Of a stretch of 64,000 nucleotides of DNA, positions 20,825 to 31,440 are shown one piece after another. Within the stretch, counting starts at the first letter, position 1, and each line of letters starts with the position of its first letter. The position numbers were made by a program, and so were the translations under genes. Source of the stretch: Candidatus Latescibacterota bacterium (GTDB lineage Bacteria; Latescibacterota; CBDEFO01); assembly GCA_965237525.1 (NCBI GenBank), contig CBDEFO010000008.1, positions 352,001 to 416,000 on the forward strand, given 5' to 3'. Below the pieces are notes generated by a model. It ran no database searches. It was given only the letters and a program-made list of their open reading frames with translations, and was not told the DNA's origin.

Positions 20825-22543
20825 TTGAACAACGTCGCTGATCAGCTCTACTCGATTCCAGAGATGCTCGAAAGGAGCGCAGAGACATTTTCTGAGAAAA
20901 TCGCTCTCCAGATAAAACGCGGCGACAGCTACGAACGCATTTCGTATCTTGAACTGAAGGAATACGTCCAGAAACTGTCGCAAAGCCTTGCAGAGTTGGG
21001 CTTAAGTCCTGGAGACAGGGCGGGAGTTATGGGAGAAAACAGGCCTGAATGGGCTATCTCCTATCTTGCGATCCTTGCGTGCAATGCGACGGTTGTCCCG
21101 TTAGACCCACTCCTGAAACCTGTGGAGATCACGCATATCATGCGTGACTCGGAGGTCAAGATAGCGATAGTTTCAGGTAAGTTTTTGGAGACTCTACACG
21201 AGATTAAACCGTCCCTGTCTCATGTGGAGGAAATTATCTCTATGGATTCGCACAAGGAGGGCCTGGAGCTCTGGAAGTCGATAGCTCAGGCCGGTTCAAA
21301 GGAGAAAAAGACCCAAGGTCCATCTTTGGAAGACCTTGCGGCGCTCATATACACGTCCGGGACGACAGGTCAGCCCAAGGGCGTGATGCTGACGCATAAG
21401 AACATAATGTCCAATGTGGTCGGGGCTTCCATGGCTATTGACGTAAACCAGGACGACAACTTCCTTTCTGTCCTTCCGATCCATCATACGTTCGAGTGCA
21501 CCTGCGGATTTTTGGTACCTCTTTGCGTCGGAGCGACGATAACTTACGCCAGGAGCCTTAAGTCAAAGGATATTATAGAGGGTATGAAGGATACGCAGGT
21601 ATCTGTGATGATGGGTGTGCCTCTTCTATACGACAAGATGTTTTTGGGAATTGTGCGAGCTATTAAGAAAAAGCCCGCGATCACAAGGGCGATGTTTAAG
21701 GTGAGTATGGGTGCGGTAAAGTCCGCTAAGAACCTTTTGAGGGTGAACATTGGAGATGCGGTGTTCAAGGGCTTGAGGAAGAAGGCGGGGATAGATTCCC
21801 TCAGATTCTTAATGTCTGGCGGAGCTGCGCTGCCTCCCTACATAGCTTATGGGTTTGAAAATCTGGGCGTCAATCTGGTTCAGGGATACGGCTTGACGGA
21901 GACTTCTCCTGTGCTTTGTGTGAATCCCATTCTAAATCCCAGACACGAATCTGTGGGACCGCCGATACCGGGTGTGGAGATCAAGATCCTGGATCCCGAG
22001 TCAGATGGCGTGGGCGAAATAGCAGCACGGGGCGAGTCTGTGATGGCGGGCTACTACCAAAATCCAGAGGCGACCGAGGAGGTAATGGAAGGTGAATGGC
22101 TCAGGACTGGGGACTCCGGATGGATTGACAAGGACGGGTTTTTGCACATTTCAGGCAGATTGAAGAATCTCATAGTGACAGGCGCAGGAAAGAACGTCTA
22201 TCCCGAGGAGGTGGAGAACGTTCTCAACGAGAGTCCCTATATTTTGGAAACGATGGTCTACGGAGAACCTTCAGAAGACGGATTGAGAGAGGAGATAAAG
22301 GCTATAGTCGTGCCCGATTATGAGTATATAGAACAAAGCGGTGCAACCGCCGGTGCGATGAGCGATCAGGAGACAGAGGCGATCATAAAGGAAGAGGTGT
22401 CGAAGATGTACAGCCAGTTCGCCGATTACAAGCGTGTGAAGGAGAAGGATGTCTCCATTCGCAGGGAGGAATTTCCAAAAACTTCAACAAGAAAGATACA
22501 AAGGTTCCTGGTGCTTCAGGAGATGGAACAGACAGCTAAATGA
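20825..22543 (+). CDS. long-chain fatty acid-CoA ligase
   Basis: YTSGTTGQPKGV, QGYGLTETSP, LRTGD, GRLKNLIV. Confidence 0.92.
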   Translation: MNNVADQLYSIPEMLERSAETFSEKIALQIKRGDSYERISYLELKEYVQKLSQSLAELGLSPGDRAGVMGENRPEWAISYLAILACNATVVPLDPLLKPVEITHIMRDSEVKIAIVSGKFLETLHEIKPSLSHVEEIISMDSHKEGLELWKSIAQAGSKEKKTQGPSLEDLAALIYTSGTTGQPKGVMLTHKNIMSNVVGASMAIDVNQDDNFLSVLPIHHTFECTCGFLVPLCVGATITYARSLKSKDIIEGMKDTQVSVMMGVPLLYDKMFLGIVRAIKKKPAITRAMFKVSMGAVKSAKNLLRVNIGDAVFKGLRKKAGIDSLRFLMSGGAALPPYIAYGFENLGVNLVQGYGLTETSPVLCVNPILNPRHESVGPPIPGVEIKILDPESDGVGEIAARGESVMAGYYQNPEATEEVMEGEWLRTGDSGWIDKDGFLHISGRLKNLIVTGAGKNVYPEEVENVLNESPYILETMVYGEPSEDGLREEIKAIVVPDYEYIEQSGATAGAMSDQETEAIIKEEVSKMYSQFADYKRVKEKDVSIRREEFPKTSTRKIQRFLVLQEMEQTAK

Positions 22544-22643
22544 GTAGACAGCAGGCAGGGATACCTCCTCTCCTCTCCTATTGGGTGTCTGGTATCTATT
22601 GTCTACTCTGCCCGCGACGGGTTGGGTAGGGCTGCCCTGTCTA

Positions 22644-22666
22644 CCCCCGATTGAATCTATCGGGGG
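22644..22666. repeat. 23-bp dispersed palindrome
   Basis: cccccgattgaatctatcggggg, flanked by CTAC direct repeats. Confidence 0.85.
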
Positions 22667-22703
22667 CTACTTTGTGCTGTCTCCTTGTTCAGGGAGAGAT
22701 TAC

Positions 22704-24182
22704 ATGGCTCAACAAAGAGAACTTTGGAACAACCGCTCGGGGTTCATTCTGGCGGCCATAGGTTCTGCTGTAGGTCTGGGCAATATCTGGAGGTTCCCTT
22801 ACGTCTGCTACCAGAACGGAGGAGGGGCATTCCTGATCCCCTACTTTGTGGCGCTGATCACCGCGGGCATTCCCTTGATAATTTTAGAGATGGGGATCGG
22901 CCACATGATGAGACGGGGAGCCCCCTTATCGTTCTCCAAGGTGGACAGAAAGTGGGAGTGGGTCGGCTGGGGAGCACTGCTGATGGGGTTTATTGTGGTC
23001 GTCTATTACGCTGTGGTGATGGCATGGTGCTTTAGCTATCTGAAGTACTCTTTTACCCTGGCCTGGGGGGAGGATACCGCTGGTTTCTTTGTAAATCAGT
23101 TTCTGGGGAAGACCTCAGACCCTGCTGACCTGGGCGGCGTACGATGGCCTATTTTGGCAGGTCTGGTCGCTACGTGGGTCTGCATCTATTTCATTATCTT
23201 CAGGGGCCTCCGGACTGTGAGCAAGGTGGTCTTGGCCACAGTTCCCCTCCCACTTCTCATAATCGTCATCTTCGTGATCAGGGGCGTTACACTCCCCGGG
23301 GCTATGGACGGGCTGAACTTCTATTTGACCCCTGACTTTTCCAGGCTACTGGATCCGAAGGTGTGGCTTGCTGCCTACGGACAGGTATTCTTCAGCCTCA
23401 GCCTGGCGTTCGGCATAATGATCGCCTACGCCAGCTACGTGCCGTCCAGATCGGATATAACCAACAGCGCCCTGATCATCAGTCTCAGCAACTGTGGAAC
23501 AAGCTTCCTCGCAGGGTTTGCAGTCTTCAGCGCCTTAGGATACCTTGCCCATATCCAGGGTACGGACATCCAGAACGTGGTGTCAAGCGGCCCTGGACTG
23601 GCATTTGTCACCTATACCCTGGTGATTAATAAACTTCCCTTTTGGTCCCAACTCTTTGGTGTCCTTTTCTTCGTGATGCTTTTGACACTCGGCATAGACT
23701 CCGCCTTCTCACTGGTGGAGGCAGTGGTGGCGGGTTTCATGGATAAGTGGGGCGGCTACAGCAGGAAAAAAGTTGTCGGATACACGTGTTTTGTGGCTCT
23801 TATATTGGGTCTAATATTCACCACGGGCTCCGGAGTAGCCTGGCTGGACATTGTGGATCATTTCGTCAACAACTTCGGTCTGACCTTCATCGGATTCTTG
23901 GAGTGTCTGGTGATCGGATACATTTTAGGGAGCGGCAAACTCAGAAAGCACCTAAACTCTGTGTCCGAAGTGAAGGTCGGCCTCTGGTGGGAACTCTTTA
24001 TCAAGGTGATTACTCCCCTTATCCTGGTTGTCTCTTTTGGGCTTTCCCTCTGGGAGCGGATAAAGGCCCCGTATGAGAACTATCCTGAATGGGCTCTCCT
24101 TTTAGGAGGATGGCTGCTCCTGGCTGTGGCTCTTGTGATAGCCTTCCTCTTCGGAAAGATCAGATCAGCGGAGGAGCTTTAG
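22704..24182 (+). CDS. sodium-dependent transporter, NSS/SNF family
   Basis: AIGSAVGLGNIWRFPY, GGGAFLIPY, QVFFSLSL. Start moved to MAQQ at 22704. Confidence 0.93.
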   Translation: MAQQRELWNNRSGFILAAIGSAVGLGNIWRFPYVCYQNGGGAFLIPYFVALITAGIPLIILEMGIGHMMRRGAPLSFSKVDRKWEWVGWGALLMGFIVVVYYAVVMAWCFSYLKYSFTLAWGEDTAGFFVNQFLGKTSDPADLGGVRWPILAGLVATWVCIYFIIFRGLRTVSKVVLATVPLPLLIIVIFVIRGVTLPGAMDGLNFYLTPDFSRLLDPKVWLAAYGQVFFSLSLAFGIMIAYASYVPSRSDITNSALIISLSNCGTSFLAGFAVFSALGYLAHIQGTDIQNVVSSGPGLAFVTYTLVINKLPFWSQLFGVLFFVMLLTLGIDSAFSLVEAVVAGFMDKWGGYSRKKVVGYTCFVALILGLIFTTGSGVAWLDIVDHFVNNFGLTFIGFLECLVIGYILGSGKLRKHLNSVSEVKVGLWWELFIKVITPLILVVSFGLSLWERIKAPYENYPEWALLLGGWLLLAVALVIAFLFGKIRSAEEL

Positions 24183-24184
24183 CG

Positions 24185-24310
24185 ATGTCTGGATCGGCAA
24201 TTGCGATGCTCGTTTTTGGGAGTGTCCTCCTCTACGTCCCCCTCGCCTACTGTCTCTACAGGGCCATCAGGAGCAAAGAGAGGGTAGAGGAGGACGAAGA
24301 GTCCCGCTGA
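24185..24310 (+). CDS. NSS transporter small subunit (MetS-like)
   Basis: MSGSAIAMLVFGSVLLY single TM peptide directly after the NSS gene; GGAGGAG upstream. Confidence 0.75.
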   Translation: MSGSAIAMLVFGSVLLYVPLAYCLYRAIRSKERVEEDEESR

Positions 24311-24428
24311 GGTTGAAAATAGAGGGGCGTCTGCTGCGTTCCCGGCTGACCACTAACTGCTTCTTCTTTGATGTGGGTGTAGAGGGTGTAGACCTTTTGT
24401 ATATCGCTGTCCGTAAAAAATTTTCTGT

Positions 24429-24543
24429 TCTGTATAGGAGCACTAAACTCTGTATAGAAGTACTAAACTCTGCTATAGAAGTACTAAACTCTGTTATAGA
24501 AGTACTAAACTCTGTTATAGAAGTACTAAATAGAAGTACTAAA
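24429..24543. repeat. tandem repeat, about 5 x 20-21 bp
   Basis: Unit TCTG(T/C)TATAGAAGTACTAAAC. Confidence 0.92.
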
Positions 24544-24954
24544 AATGGTATACACCATATACACGGTATACACCTCGTACCTTAAACCGATTCCCAGTTG
24601 GCAAAAATATCCCTCTTTCTTCGATGAAGAGCCTTCCGTGCGTGTCCCAACCTGGAAAAGTCTATGTAGGGAAAAAGCGAAAGCCTGCGTCAAAGGCGGA
24701 TATTTTAGCCTTGACAAAGAGATAGGTATCGAGTACCTTGCCTTTGTACCCAGTGTCTGGTCAAGATACTCTGGAGTTGAAGACTGTGGAGACCTGCCTA
24801 TCTATGGGCCGTTCGGCGATCCGGCCAAGGAACTTAGTGACCTGTTGCCGATAGGGGCTCAGTCGCTGCACCTAATAAGGATCCAGGGCGTCATCTATCG
24901 CAGTCAACAGATGGGGCAGAAGCAAAAGTGGAAACCTAAGATAAGGAGATGAGA

Positions 24955-26508
24955 ATGCCTAGACCCCCCGACTACGGAATCATATACAACTGGGACGGCG
25001 CCCCGCACGGCTGCTCTGAGGTGCCGCAGTCGATGGAAGCGTTCCTGGAGAAGGTATACGCCCCACTGGAGGACACTCAGGTGGGCGCCCACTTCTGGTG
25101 CATCGGAGAGCATGCCGCCCGATGGAAGAGTGATGTGCTCGAACTCCTCGGCGACTTCCATGATCGGCGCTACGAGAACGCCCAAACCTACACGTTCACG
25201 GAGAACGTCCGCCAGATGTTAGAGCGGGGTGAAGATCCGCAAGAGGCGCTGATCGAGCGGGGTCATCAACTCGGCCTGGAGGTCTATGCGTCGGTTCGCA
25301 TGAACGACAATCACTTCGACGGGGCTCAGGTGGAGGAGCTTGGGAAGCTGCACCACACCGAACTGACGCGCATGCGGATCGAACATCCGGAGTGGCTCCT
25401 GGGTAACCAGACCACAGAGTGGTACGCCCTCTCGTGGAACTTCGCGGTGCCCGAAGTGCGGGAGCACCGCTTTGCTCATATCAAAGAGATATGTCAACTT
25501 TATGACTGGGACGGCGTCGAGTTAGACTGGCAGCGGCACGCCTTCCATTTCCCAGAGGACGATGCCTACAGACTCCGCTACCTCCTGACTGACCTCCAGC
25601 GGACTGTGCGCCGCATGACAGATGATCTGGCAAAAGAGCGCGGGAGGCCGTTCTACTTAGCCGCTCGTGTGGCTGGGAATCTTGAGATGTGTCGTAAGAT
25701 CGGCTACGATATTCCCACCTGGATCGAGGAAGGTCTTCTGGACATCATAATTCCCGCAGGCAATGCGGTGACCGACCCCTCGATCGATGTGGCAGCGTTT
25801 GTCCAGATATGCAGGGGCACGAATATCGCTGTCTACCCCGGATTCGACAGTGCGCTGCCCGATCCCTTTGTTGGCCCTGAAGATGCAGGGACCAAAGATA
25901 GGATGCGGACACGCGCCATCGCAAGCCGCTACCACAGGGCGGAGGCGGACGGCATCTACGTGTTCAACTGGTACGCAGACCGGGATTCGAGACGCGAACT
26001 CTTATGTCAGGTAGGCTCTCCCGACACTCTGCGGCGTAAGGACAAGATCTATGCGGCTACAAACCGCTTCATCCAGAAGGAGGGCCAGTGGCGCGGCGCC
26101 TACCGCCGAGATCGGATCTGGGGCGAAGTGCCGGTGGCTCTGAAGCGGACACTTACCGGCGAAGGACCAGAGATCTCACTGAACGTGGCGGATGACCTAT
26201 CGGTGGACATCCCCGATAGCGTTGAGCTCAGGGTCCGTCTCGACCAGTGGGTGAAAGGCGATGTGGTGCACATCTTCTGGGATGGATCAAAGTTAGATGA
26301 TCTCGAAGTTAAATACTGCAAGCTCGGCGATCCGCACAGGATCTTAGATGTGGGCTGGGCGGCATGGCTCTGCTGCCAGATGGATCGTTCGAAAGTCGGG
26401 GTAGGTCCTCATACGGTGAAAGTTGCACTTTCAGAGCGCAACCCGAAAGTGGCCTGCGATATCGTGCTAACAGATGTGGAATTAGTTATACGATATCCTG
26501 GGAATTGA
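24955..26508 (+). CDS. glycoside hydrolase-like TIM barrel protein (GHL10-like), paralog 1
   Basis: IIYNWDG, ASVRMND, WNFAVPEVR, YDWDGVELDWQR, DGIYVFN. Confidence 0.7.
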   Translation: MPRPPDYGIIYNWDGAPHGCSEVPQSMEAFLEKVYAPLEDTQVGAHFWCIGEHAARWKSDVLELLGDFHDRRYENAQTYTFTENVRQMLERGEDPQEALIERGHQLGLEVYASVRMNDNHFDGAQVEELGKLHHTELTRMRIEHPEWLLGNQTTEWYALSWNFAVPEVREHRFAHIKEICQLYDWDGVELDWQRHAFHFPEDDAYRLRYLLTDLQRTVRRMTDDLAKERGRPFYLAARVAGNLEMCRKIGYDIPTWIEEGLLDIIIPAGNAVTDPSIDVAAFVQICRGTNIAVYPGFDSALPDPFVGPEDAGTKDRMRTRAIASRYHRAEADGIYVFNWYADRDSRRELLCQVGSPDTLRRKDKIYAATNRFIQKEGQWRGAYRRDRIWGEVPVALKRTLTGEGPEISLNVADDLSVDIPDSVELRVRLDQWVKGDVVHIFWDGSKLDDLEVKYCKLGDPHRILDVGWAAWLCCQMDRSKVGVGPHTVKVALSERNPKVACDIVLTDVELVIRYPGN

Positions 26509-26535
26509 CGATATAGGACGTAAGCGAAGGTGACC

Positions 26536-28137
26536 ATGACTAAACACGCTAAATATACTGAGTACGGAATTATCTACAACTGGGACGGCGCCCCGCACGG
26601 CTGCTCTGAGGTGCCGCAGTCGATGGAAGCGTTCCTGGAGAAGGTATACGCCCCACTACTGGAGGACACTCAGGTGGGCGCCCACTTCTGGTGCATCGAG
26701 GAGCATGCCTCCCGCTGGAAAAGCGATGTGCTCGAACTGTTAGACGACTTCCACGATCGGCGCTACGAGAACACTTACACCTACACGTTCACGGAGAACG
26801 TCCGCCAGATGTTAGAGCGGGGTGAAGATGCACAAGAGGCACTGATCGAGCGGGGTCATCAACTGGGCCTGGATGTCTATGCGTCGGTTCGCATGAACGA
26901 CAACCACTTCGGCGGTGCCCAGGTGGAGGAGCTTGGAAAGCTTCACGACACCGAACTGACGCGCATGCGGATCGAACATCCACAGTGGCTCTTAGGCGAC
27001 CAGACCTCAGAATGGTTTGCCCTCTCGTGGAACTTCGCGGTGCCCGAAGTGCGGGAGCACCGCTTCCTGCATATCAAAGAGATATGCCAGCTATATGACT
27101 GGGACGGCGTCGAGCTGGACTGGCAGCGGCACGCCTTCCATTTCCCAGAGGACGATGCCTACAGACTCCGCTACCTCTTGACTGACCTCCAGAGGGCTGT
27201 GCGGCGCATGACAGATGATCTGGCAAAAGAGCGCGGGAGGCCGTTCTACTTAGCCGCTCGTGTGGCTGGGAATCTTGAGATGTGTCGTAAGATCGGCTAC
27301 GATATTCCCACCTGGATCGAGGAAGGTCTTCTGGACATCATAATTCCCGCAGGCAATGCGGCGACCGACCCCTCGATCGATGTGGCAGCGTTTGTCCAGA
27401 TGTGCAGGGGCACGAATATCGCCGTCTATCCCGGATTCGACAGTGCGCTGCCCGACCCCTTTGTTGGCCCCGAAGACGCAGGGACCAAAAATAGGATGCG
27501 GACACGCGCCATCGCAAGCCGCTACCACAGGGCGGAGGCGGACGGCATCTACGTGTTCAACTGGCACGCCAACCGCGATTCGAGACGCGAACTCTTATGT
27601 CAGGTAGGCTCTCCCGACACTCTGCGGCGTAAGGACAAGATCTATGCGGCTACAAACCGCTTCATCCAGAAGGAGGGCCAGTGGCGCGGCGCCTTCCGCA
27701 GAGACCGGATCTGGGGCGAAGTGCCGGTGGCTCTGAAGCGGACACTTACCGGCGAAGGACCAGAGATCTCACTGAACGTGGCGGATGACCTATCGGTGGA
27801 CATCCCCGATAGCGTCGAGCTTAGAGTTCGGCTCGACCAGTGGGTCAAAGGCGATGTGGTGCACGTCTATTGGGATGGATCAAAGTTAGATGATCTCGAA
27901 GTTAAATACTGCAAGCTCGGCGATCCGCACAGGATCTTAGATGTGGGCTGGGCGGCATGGCTCTGCTGCCAGATGGATCGTTCGAAAGTCGGGGCAGGTT
28001 CCCATACGGTGAAAGTTGCACTTTCAGAGCGCAACCCGAAAGTGGCCTGTGATATCGTGCTGACAGATGTGGAATTGGTTATACGATATCCCGGGAATTC
28101 AGAACAAAGAACGGCAAGTGGAGGTGAGAATGCCTAA
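26536..28137 (+). CDS. GHL10-like protein, paralog 2
   Basis: Near-identical to paralog 1. Confidence 0.7.
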   Translation: MTKHAKYTEYGIIYNWDGAPHGCSEVPQSMEAFLEKVYAPLLEDTQVGAHFWCIEEHASRWKSDVLELLDDFHDRRYENTYTYTFTENVRQMLERGEDAQEALIERGHQLGLDVYASVRMNDNHFGGAQVEELGKLHDTELTRMRIEHPQWLLGDQTSEWFALSWNFAVPEVREHRFLHIKEICQLYDWDGVELDWQRHAFHFPEDDAYRLRYLLTDLQRAVRRMTDDLAKERGRPFYLAARVAGNLEMCRKIGYDIPTWIEEGLLDIIIPAGNAATDPSIDVAAFVQMCRGTNIAVYPGFDSALPDPFVGPEDAGTKNRMRTRAIASRYHRAEADGIYVFNWHANRDSRRELLCQVGSPDTLRRKDKIYAATNRFIQKEGQWRGAFRRDRIWGEVPVALKRTLTGEGPEISLNVADDLSVDIPDSVELRVRLDQWVKGDVVHVYWDGSKLDDLEVKYCKLGDPHRILDVGWAAWLCCQMDRSKVGAGSHTVKVALSERNPKVACDIVLTDVELVIRYPGNSEQRTASGGENA

Positions 28138-29641
28138 ACATACTGACTACGGAATTATCTACAACTGGGACGGCGCCCCGCACGGCTGCTCTGAGGTGCC
28201 GCAGTCGATGGAAGCCTTCCTGGAGAAGGTATACGCCCCCCTGGAGGACACTCAGGTGGGCGCCCACTTCTGGTGCATCGGAGAGCATGCCGCCAGATGG
28301 AATAGCGATGTTCTCGAACTGTTAGGTGACTTCCACGATCGGCGCTATGAGAACGCCAACAACTACACCTTAACGGAGAACGTCCGTCAGATGTTGGAGC
28401 GGGGCGAAGATCCGCAAGAGGCGCTGATCGAGCGGGGTCATCAACTGGGCCTGGATGTCTATGCATCGGTTCGCATGAACGACAACCACTTCGGCGGCGC
28501 CCAGGTGGAGGACCTTGGGAAGCTTCACCACACCGAACTGACGCGCATGCGGATCGAACATCCGGAGTGGCTCTTAGGCGACCAGACATCGGACTGGTTT
28601 GCGATTTCGTGGAACTTCGCGGTGCCCGAAGTGCGGGAGCACCGCTTCCTGCATATTAAAGAGATATGCGAACTGTATGACTGGGACGGCGTCGAGCTGG
28701 ACTGGCAGCGCCACGCCTTCCATTTCCCAGAGGACGATGCCTACAGACTCCGCTACCTCCTGACTGACCTCCAGAGGGCTGTGCGCAGGATGACAGATGA
28801 CATAGCAAAAGAGCGCGGCAGACCCTTCTACGTAGCCGCTCGCGTGGCTGGGAATCTTGAGATGTGCCGCAACATCGGCTACGATGTTCCCGCCTGGATC
28901 GACGAAGGTCTGATGGACATCATAATACCCGCCGGACATGCGTCGACCGATCCCTCGATCGATGTGGACACGTTCGTGCAGTTGTGTCGGGGTACGGATA
29001 TCGCTGTCTATCCGGGACTGGACAGCGGATTGCCGCCTTCCTATCTGGCTATAGCAAGCCGCTACCACAGAGCGGGGTCGGACGGTATCTACGTCTTCAA
29101 CTGGCACGCGAACCGCGATTCGAGGCGCGAACTCTTATGTCAGATAGGATCCCCCGACACTCTGCGGCGTAAGGACAAGGTCTACGCTGCCACACACCGC
29201 TTCATCCAGAAGGAGGGTCAGTGGCGCGGCGCCTACCGCCTTGACCAGATCTGGGGCGAAGTTCCGGTTGCCCTGAAACGTACGCTTACGGATGAGGGAC
29301 CGACAATCACACTGAACGTGGCGGATGACCTATCGGCGGACATCCCCGAAAGCGTTGAGCTTAGAGTTCAGCTCGCGCAGTGGGTGAAAGGCGATCTAGT
29401 GCACGTCTATTGGGATGGATCAAAGTTAGAGGATCTCGACGCGAGCTACGGCTCCCCCGGCCATATCTCAGATGTGAGCGGGGCGGTATGGCTGTGCTGC
29501 CAGATGGATCGTTCGAAAGTCGCGGTAGGTCCCCATAAGGTGAAAGTTACACTTTCAGAGCGCAATCCGAAAGTGGTCTGCGATATAGTGCTGACGGATG
29601 TGGAGTTGGTTATACGATATCCTGAGGAATTGACGATATAG
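28130..29641 (+). CDS. GHL10-like protein, paralog 3
   Basis: Same motifs; lacks the ~15-aa segment (FVGPEDAGTKDRMRT); GGAGG RBS before ATG 28130. Confidence 0.7.
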   Translation: MPKHTDYGIIYNWDGAPHGCSEVPQSMEAFLEKVYAPLEDTQVGAHFWCIGEHAARWNSDVLELLGDFHDRRYENANNYTLTENVRQMLERGEDPQEALIERGHQLGLDVYASVRMNDNHFGGAQVEDLGKLHHTELTRMRIEHPEWLLGDQTSDWFAISWNFAVPEVREHRFLHIKEICELYDWDGVELDWQRHAFHFPEDDAYRLRYLLTDLQRAVRRMTDDIAKERGRPFYVAARVAGNLEMCRNIGYDVPAWIDEGLMDIIIPAGHASTDPSIDVDTFVQLCRGTDIAVYPGLDSGLPPSYLAIASRYHRAGSDGIYVFNWHANRDSRRELLCQIGSPDTLRRKDKVYAATHRFIQKEGQWRGAYRLDQIWGEVPVALKRTLTDEGPTITLNVADDLSADIPESVELRVQLAQWVKGDLVHVYWDGSKLEDLDASYGSPGHISDVSGAVWLCCQMDRSKVAVGPHKVKVTLSERNPKVVCDIVLTDVELVIRYPEELTI

Positions 29642-29660
29642 CACGTAAGTGAAGGTGACC

Positions 29661-31202
29661 ATGGCTAAACACGCTAAATACACTAAGTACGGAATTATCT
29701 ACAACAGGGACGGCGGTCCACACGGCTGCTCTGAGGTGCCGCAGTCGATGGAAGCGTTCCTGGAGAAGGTATACCCCCCGTTGGAGGACACTCAGGTGGG
29801 TGCTCTCTTCTGGTGCGTTGGAATTCATAGTGCTCACTGGAATAGCGATGTCCTGGAGCTGCGCGGCGACGGCCACGGCCGACGCTATGAGAGCGCCGAT
29901 GCCTACACCAGCACTGAGAACGTCCGTCAAATGTTAGAGCGGGGTGAAGATGCGCAAGAGGCGCTGATCGAGCGGGGTCATCAATTAGGTCTGGATGTCT
30001 ATGCATCGGTTCGCATGAACGACAATCACTTCAACGGCGCCCAGGTGGAGGACCTTGCGAAGATGTACGGCACGGGACTGACGCGCATGCGGATCGAACA
30101 TCCGGAGTGGCTCTTAGGCGACCAGACATCAGAGTGGTTTGCCCTTTCGTGGAATCTCGCGGTGCCCGAAGTGCGGGAGCACCGCTTCCTACATATCAAA
30201 GAGATATGCCAGCTCTACGACTGGGACGGCATCGAGCTGGACTGGCAGCGCCACGCCTTCCATTTCCCGGAGGACGATGCCTACAGGCTCCGCTACCTCC
30301 TGACTGACCTCCAGAGGGCTGTGCGCAGGATGACAGATGACATAGCAAAAGAGCGCGGCAGACCCTTCTACGTAGCCGCTCGCGTAGCTGGGACTCTCGA
30401 GATGTGCCGCAACATCGGCTACGATATTCCCACCTGGATCGACGAAGGTCTCCTAGACATCATAATTCCCGCAGGAGGTGGAGAGACCGACCCTGCGCTC
30501 GATGTGGCAGCCTTTGTCCAGATGTGCAGGGGTACGGATATCGCTGTCTACCCCGGATTTGACTGCGGACTTCCAGAACCCTCTGTGGGCCCTGAAGACG
30601 CAGGGACCAAAGATAGGATGCGCACACGTGCCATCGCAAGCCGCTACCACAGGGCGGGCGCGGACGGTATCTACGTATTCAACTGGGGGACTTCCAGACC
30701 CGAACTCTTATGTCAGGTCGGCTCCTATGATACTCTGCGGGGTAAGGACAGAATCTATGCGGCTGCGCACCGTTTCATCAAGAAGGAAGGCCAGTGGCGC
30801 GGGGCCTTCCGTATCGACTGTATCTGGGGCGAAGTGCCGGTTGCGCTGAAACGTACGTTTACAGATGGAGGCCCGACAATCACACTGAACGTCGCGGATG
30901 ACCTATCGGCTGATGTGCCGGAGAGCGTTGAGCTTAGGGTCCGGCTCGACCAGTGGGTGAAAGGCGATGTGGTGCACGTCTTCTGGGATGGATCAATGTT
31001 GGAGGATCTCCACGCGAGCTACTGCTCCCCCGGCGATATCTCGGATGTGAGCGATACAGTATGGCTGCGCTCAGAGATGGATCGTTCGAAAGTCGCGGTA
31101 GGTCCCCATAAGGTGAAAGTTACACTTTCAGAGCGCAATCCTAAAGTGGTCTGCGATATAGTGCTGACGGACGTGGAATTGGTTATACGATATCCTAATT
31201 AA
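29661..31202 (+). CDS. GHL10-like protein, paralog 4
   Basis: Same motifs, most divergent loops. Confidence 0.7.
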   Translation: MAKHAKYTKYGIIYNRDGGPHGCSEVPQSMEAFLEKVYPPLEDTQVGALFWCVGIHSAHWNSDVLELRGDGHGRRYESADAYTSTENVRQMLERGEDAQEALIERGHQLGLDVYASVRMNDNHFNGAQVEDLAKMYGTGLTRMRIEHPEWLLGDQTSEWFALSWNLAVPEVREHRFLHIKEICQLYDWDGIELDWQRHAFHFPEDDAYRLRYLLTDLQRAVRRMTDDIAKERGRPFYVAARVAGTLEMCRNIGYDIPTWIDEGLLDIIIPAGGGETDPALDVAAFVQMCRGTDIAVYPGFDCGLPEPSVGPEDAGTKDRMRTRAIASRYHRAGADGIYVFNWGTSRPELLCQVGSYDTLRGKDRIYAAAHRFIKKEGQWRGAFRIDCIWGEVPVALKRTFTDGGPTITLNVADDLSADVPESVELRVRLDQWVKGDVVHVFWDGSMLEDLHASYCSPGDISDVSDTVWLRSEMDRSKVAVGPHKVKVTLSERNPKVVCDIVLTDVELVIRYPN

Positions 31203-31440
31203 GGATACGGTAGATAGGCACCCGCTTGAATCCATCGGAGGCAGGGGGGTACCAAAGCCCCGAATGTGCGCTCCTCACTGTAGAGTTAATTGTCTGTTCT
31301 ATCTATACAGCGATTGAGGCAGATAAAGAGTAAGTAATTCGATAAATCAGGCTCTAGCTGCTCCCAAAGGGGGGTCGTCTTATTCCCTTCTGGAGCCTGA
31401 AGAGGTCATTTGGTGTGAATAACTCTGTAGAGATAACAGA

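Noticed and set aside
24429..24543. CRISPR array
   Set aside because: Units are contiguous with no unique spacers; no cas genes in the window.
24313..24585. ORF with IEVLNS repeats
   Set aside because: A by-product of the 21-bp DNA repeat; no other coding evidence.
24955..31202. Diversity-generating retroelement
   Set aside because: No reverse transcriptase; variation is gene-wide and not evidently adenine-specific.
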